A stretch of DNA of 42,393 nt, taken from positions 1 through 42,393 of the forward strand of contig JAVKIJ010000018.1 of NCBI GenBank assembly GCA_031459535.1, in the 5' to 3' direction. A program made the translations under genes and the position numbers. The notes under the pieces are model-generated. The model made no database searches, was not told the DNA's origin, and saw only the letters and a program-made list of their open reading frames with translations. Numbering within the stretch: position 1 is the stretch's first letter; the number at the start of each line of letters is the position of its first letter. Shown here piece after piece: positions 41,867-42,393 of the stretch. Origin of the DNA: Candidatus Fervidifonticultor quintus. Lineage in GTDB: Bacteria > Sysuimicrobiota > Sysuimicrobiia > Sysuimicrobiales > Humicultoraceae.

Positions 41867-42393
41867 ATGTGGGACTACCTCTCGGGACTGGCGAATACCG
41901 CCTACGACTTCCTCGGCGACGCGGCCTCCTGGCTGAGCGGAACCGCCTGGCCCGCGGTGCGTGGCTGGGTCCAGCAGAACCCCTGGCTGGCGCTCCAGGC
42001 CGGGATGGGCGTCGCCGGGCTCGTCAACGCCTACCAGGCCCAGCAGGCGCTCAATCAGTGGGCCCACCGCGCGGAGCAAGAACGCCGGGCCGGCCAGGCC
42101 GCGGTCCGAGACGTGATGGCCAACCCCACCTCGCCCGAGGCGTTCCTGCCACCACCCGACGTCCAGCGCCAGCTCATCATGCCCTACATCCAGGAACGGT
42201 ACGGCACGACCGCGGGCGGGGCGCCGCTGGCGGATCTCCTCCGTGAGCAGCAGCGTCAGTTCTGGGGGCCGGCCGCGGAACTCGCCCTCGCCCGGGACCG
42301 GGAGCGCCTGGCCGCGACACAACAGGCCTACGGGCAGCCTGTCCCACCGCAGTTTGCCCAGAACTGGGTCAATCTGGCCGCGCCGTTCCAGGG
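41867..42393 (+). CDS. Probable ejection/pilot protein (partial, runs off the window)
   Basis: MWDYLSGLANTAYDFLGDAASW...ALQAGMGVAGLVNAYQAQQA: Gly/Ala hydrophobic segment followed by Gln-rich helix; GAGGT RBS. Confidence 0.65.
   Translation, partial: MWDYLSGLANTAYDFLGDAASWLSGTAWPAVRGWVQQNPWLALQAGMGVAGLVNAYQAQQALNQWAHRAEQERRAGQAAVRDVMANPTSPEAFLPPPDVQRQLIMPYIQERYGTTAGGAPLADLLREQQRQFWGPAAELALARDRERLAATQQAYGQPVPPQFAQNWVNLAAPFQ

Noticed and set aside
1-42393. Prophage or integration module; tRNA genes
   Set aside because: No integrase, att-like context, host genes or tRNA cloverleaf recognised; lifestyle cannot be decided because the genome is incomplete in this window

Overview
The window is most of a high-GC, podovirus-like dsDNA phage genome, truncated at both ends; no integrase, tRNA or rRNA was recognised. 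Rightward late arm (24.0-42.4 kb, plus 1-3.5 kb): terminase large subunit, portal, scaffold, major capsid, adaptor, tail nozzle, probable ejection proteins, Gly-rich tail fibre, a secreted trypsin-like protease, holin and an overlapped spanin-like pair. Leftward early/replication arm (3.3-23.3 kb): MoxR ATPase plus VWA/metallopeptidase, Toprim primase, family A DNA polymerase, SSB-like protein, Cas4-like nuclease, DnaB-like helicase, RuvC, M15 endolysin and a DEDD exonuclease. Four unusual structures stand out. (1) A tandem, translationally coupled array of about 20 highly diverged 45-80 aa paralogues sharing an H-[LIV]...L-H...beta-strand-C signature (12.9-17.4 kb), several missed or mis-started by the ORF track. 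(2) A uracil-DNA glycosylase domain split in two, with its C-terminal motif still fused to the polymerase 5.6 kb downstream. (3) Two inverted, homologous non-coding elements (10.3-10.7 kb and 23.4-23.8 kb) built from 9-bp-stem/3-nt-loop palindromes at 53-54 bp spacing. (4) A 42-bp repeat encoding a 12-aa mini-cistron that carries the RBS of the next gene. All functional calls come from motif recognition by eye, not database searches.
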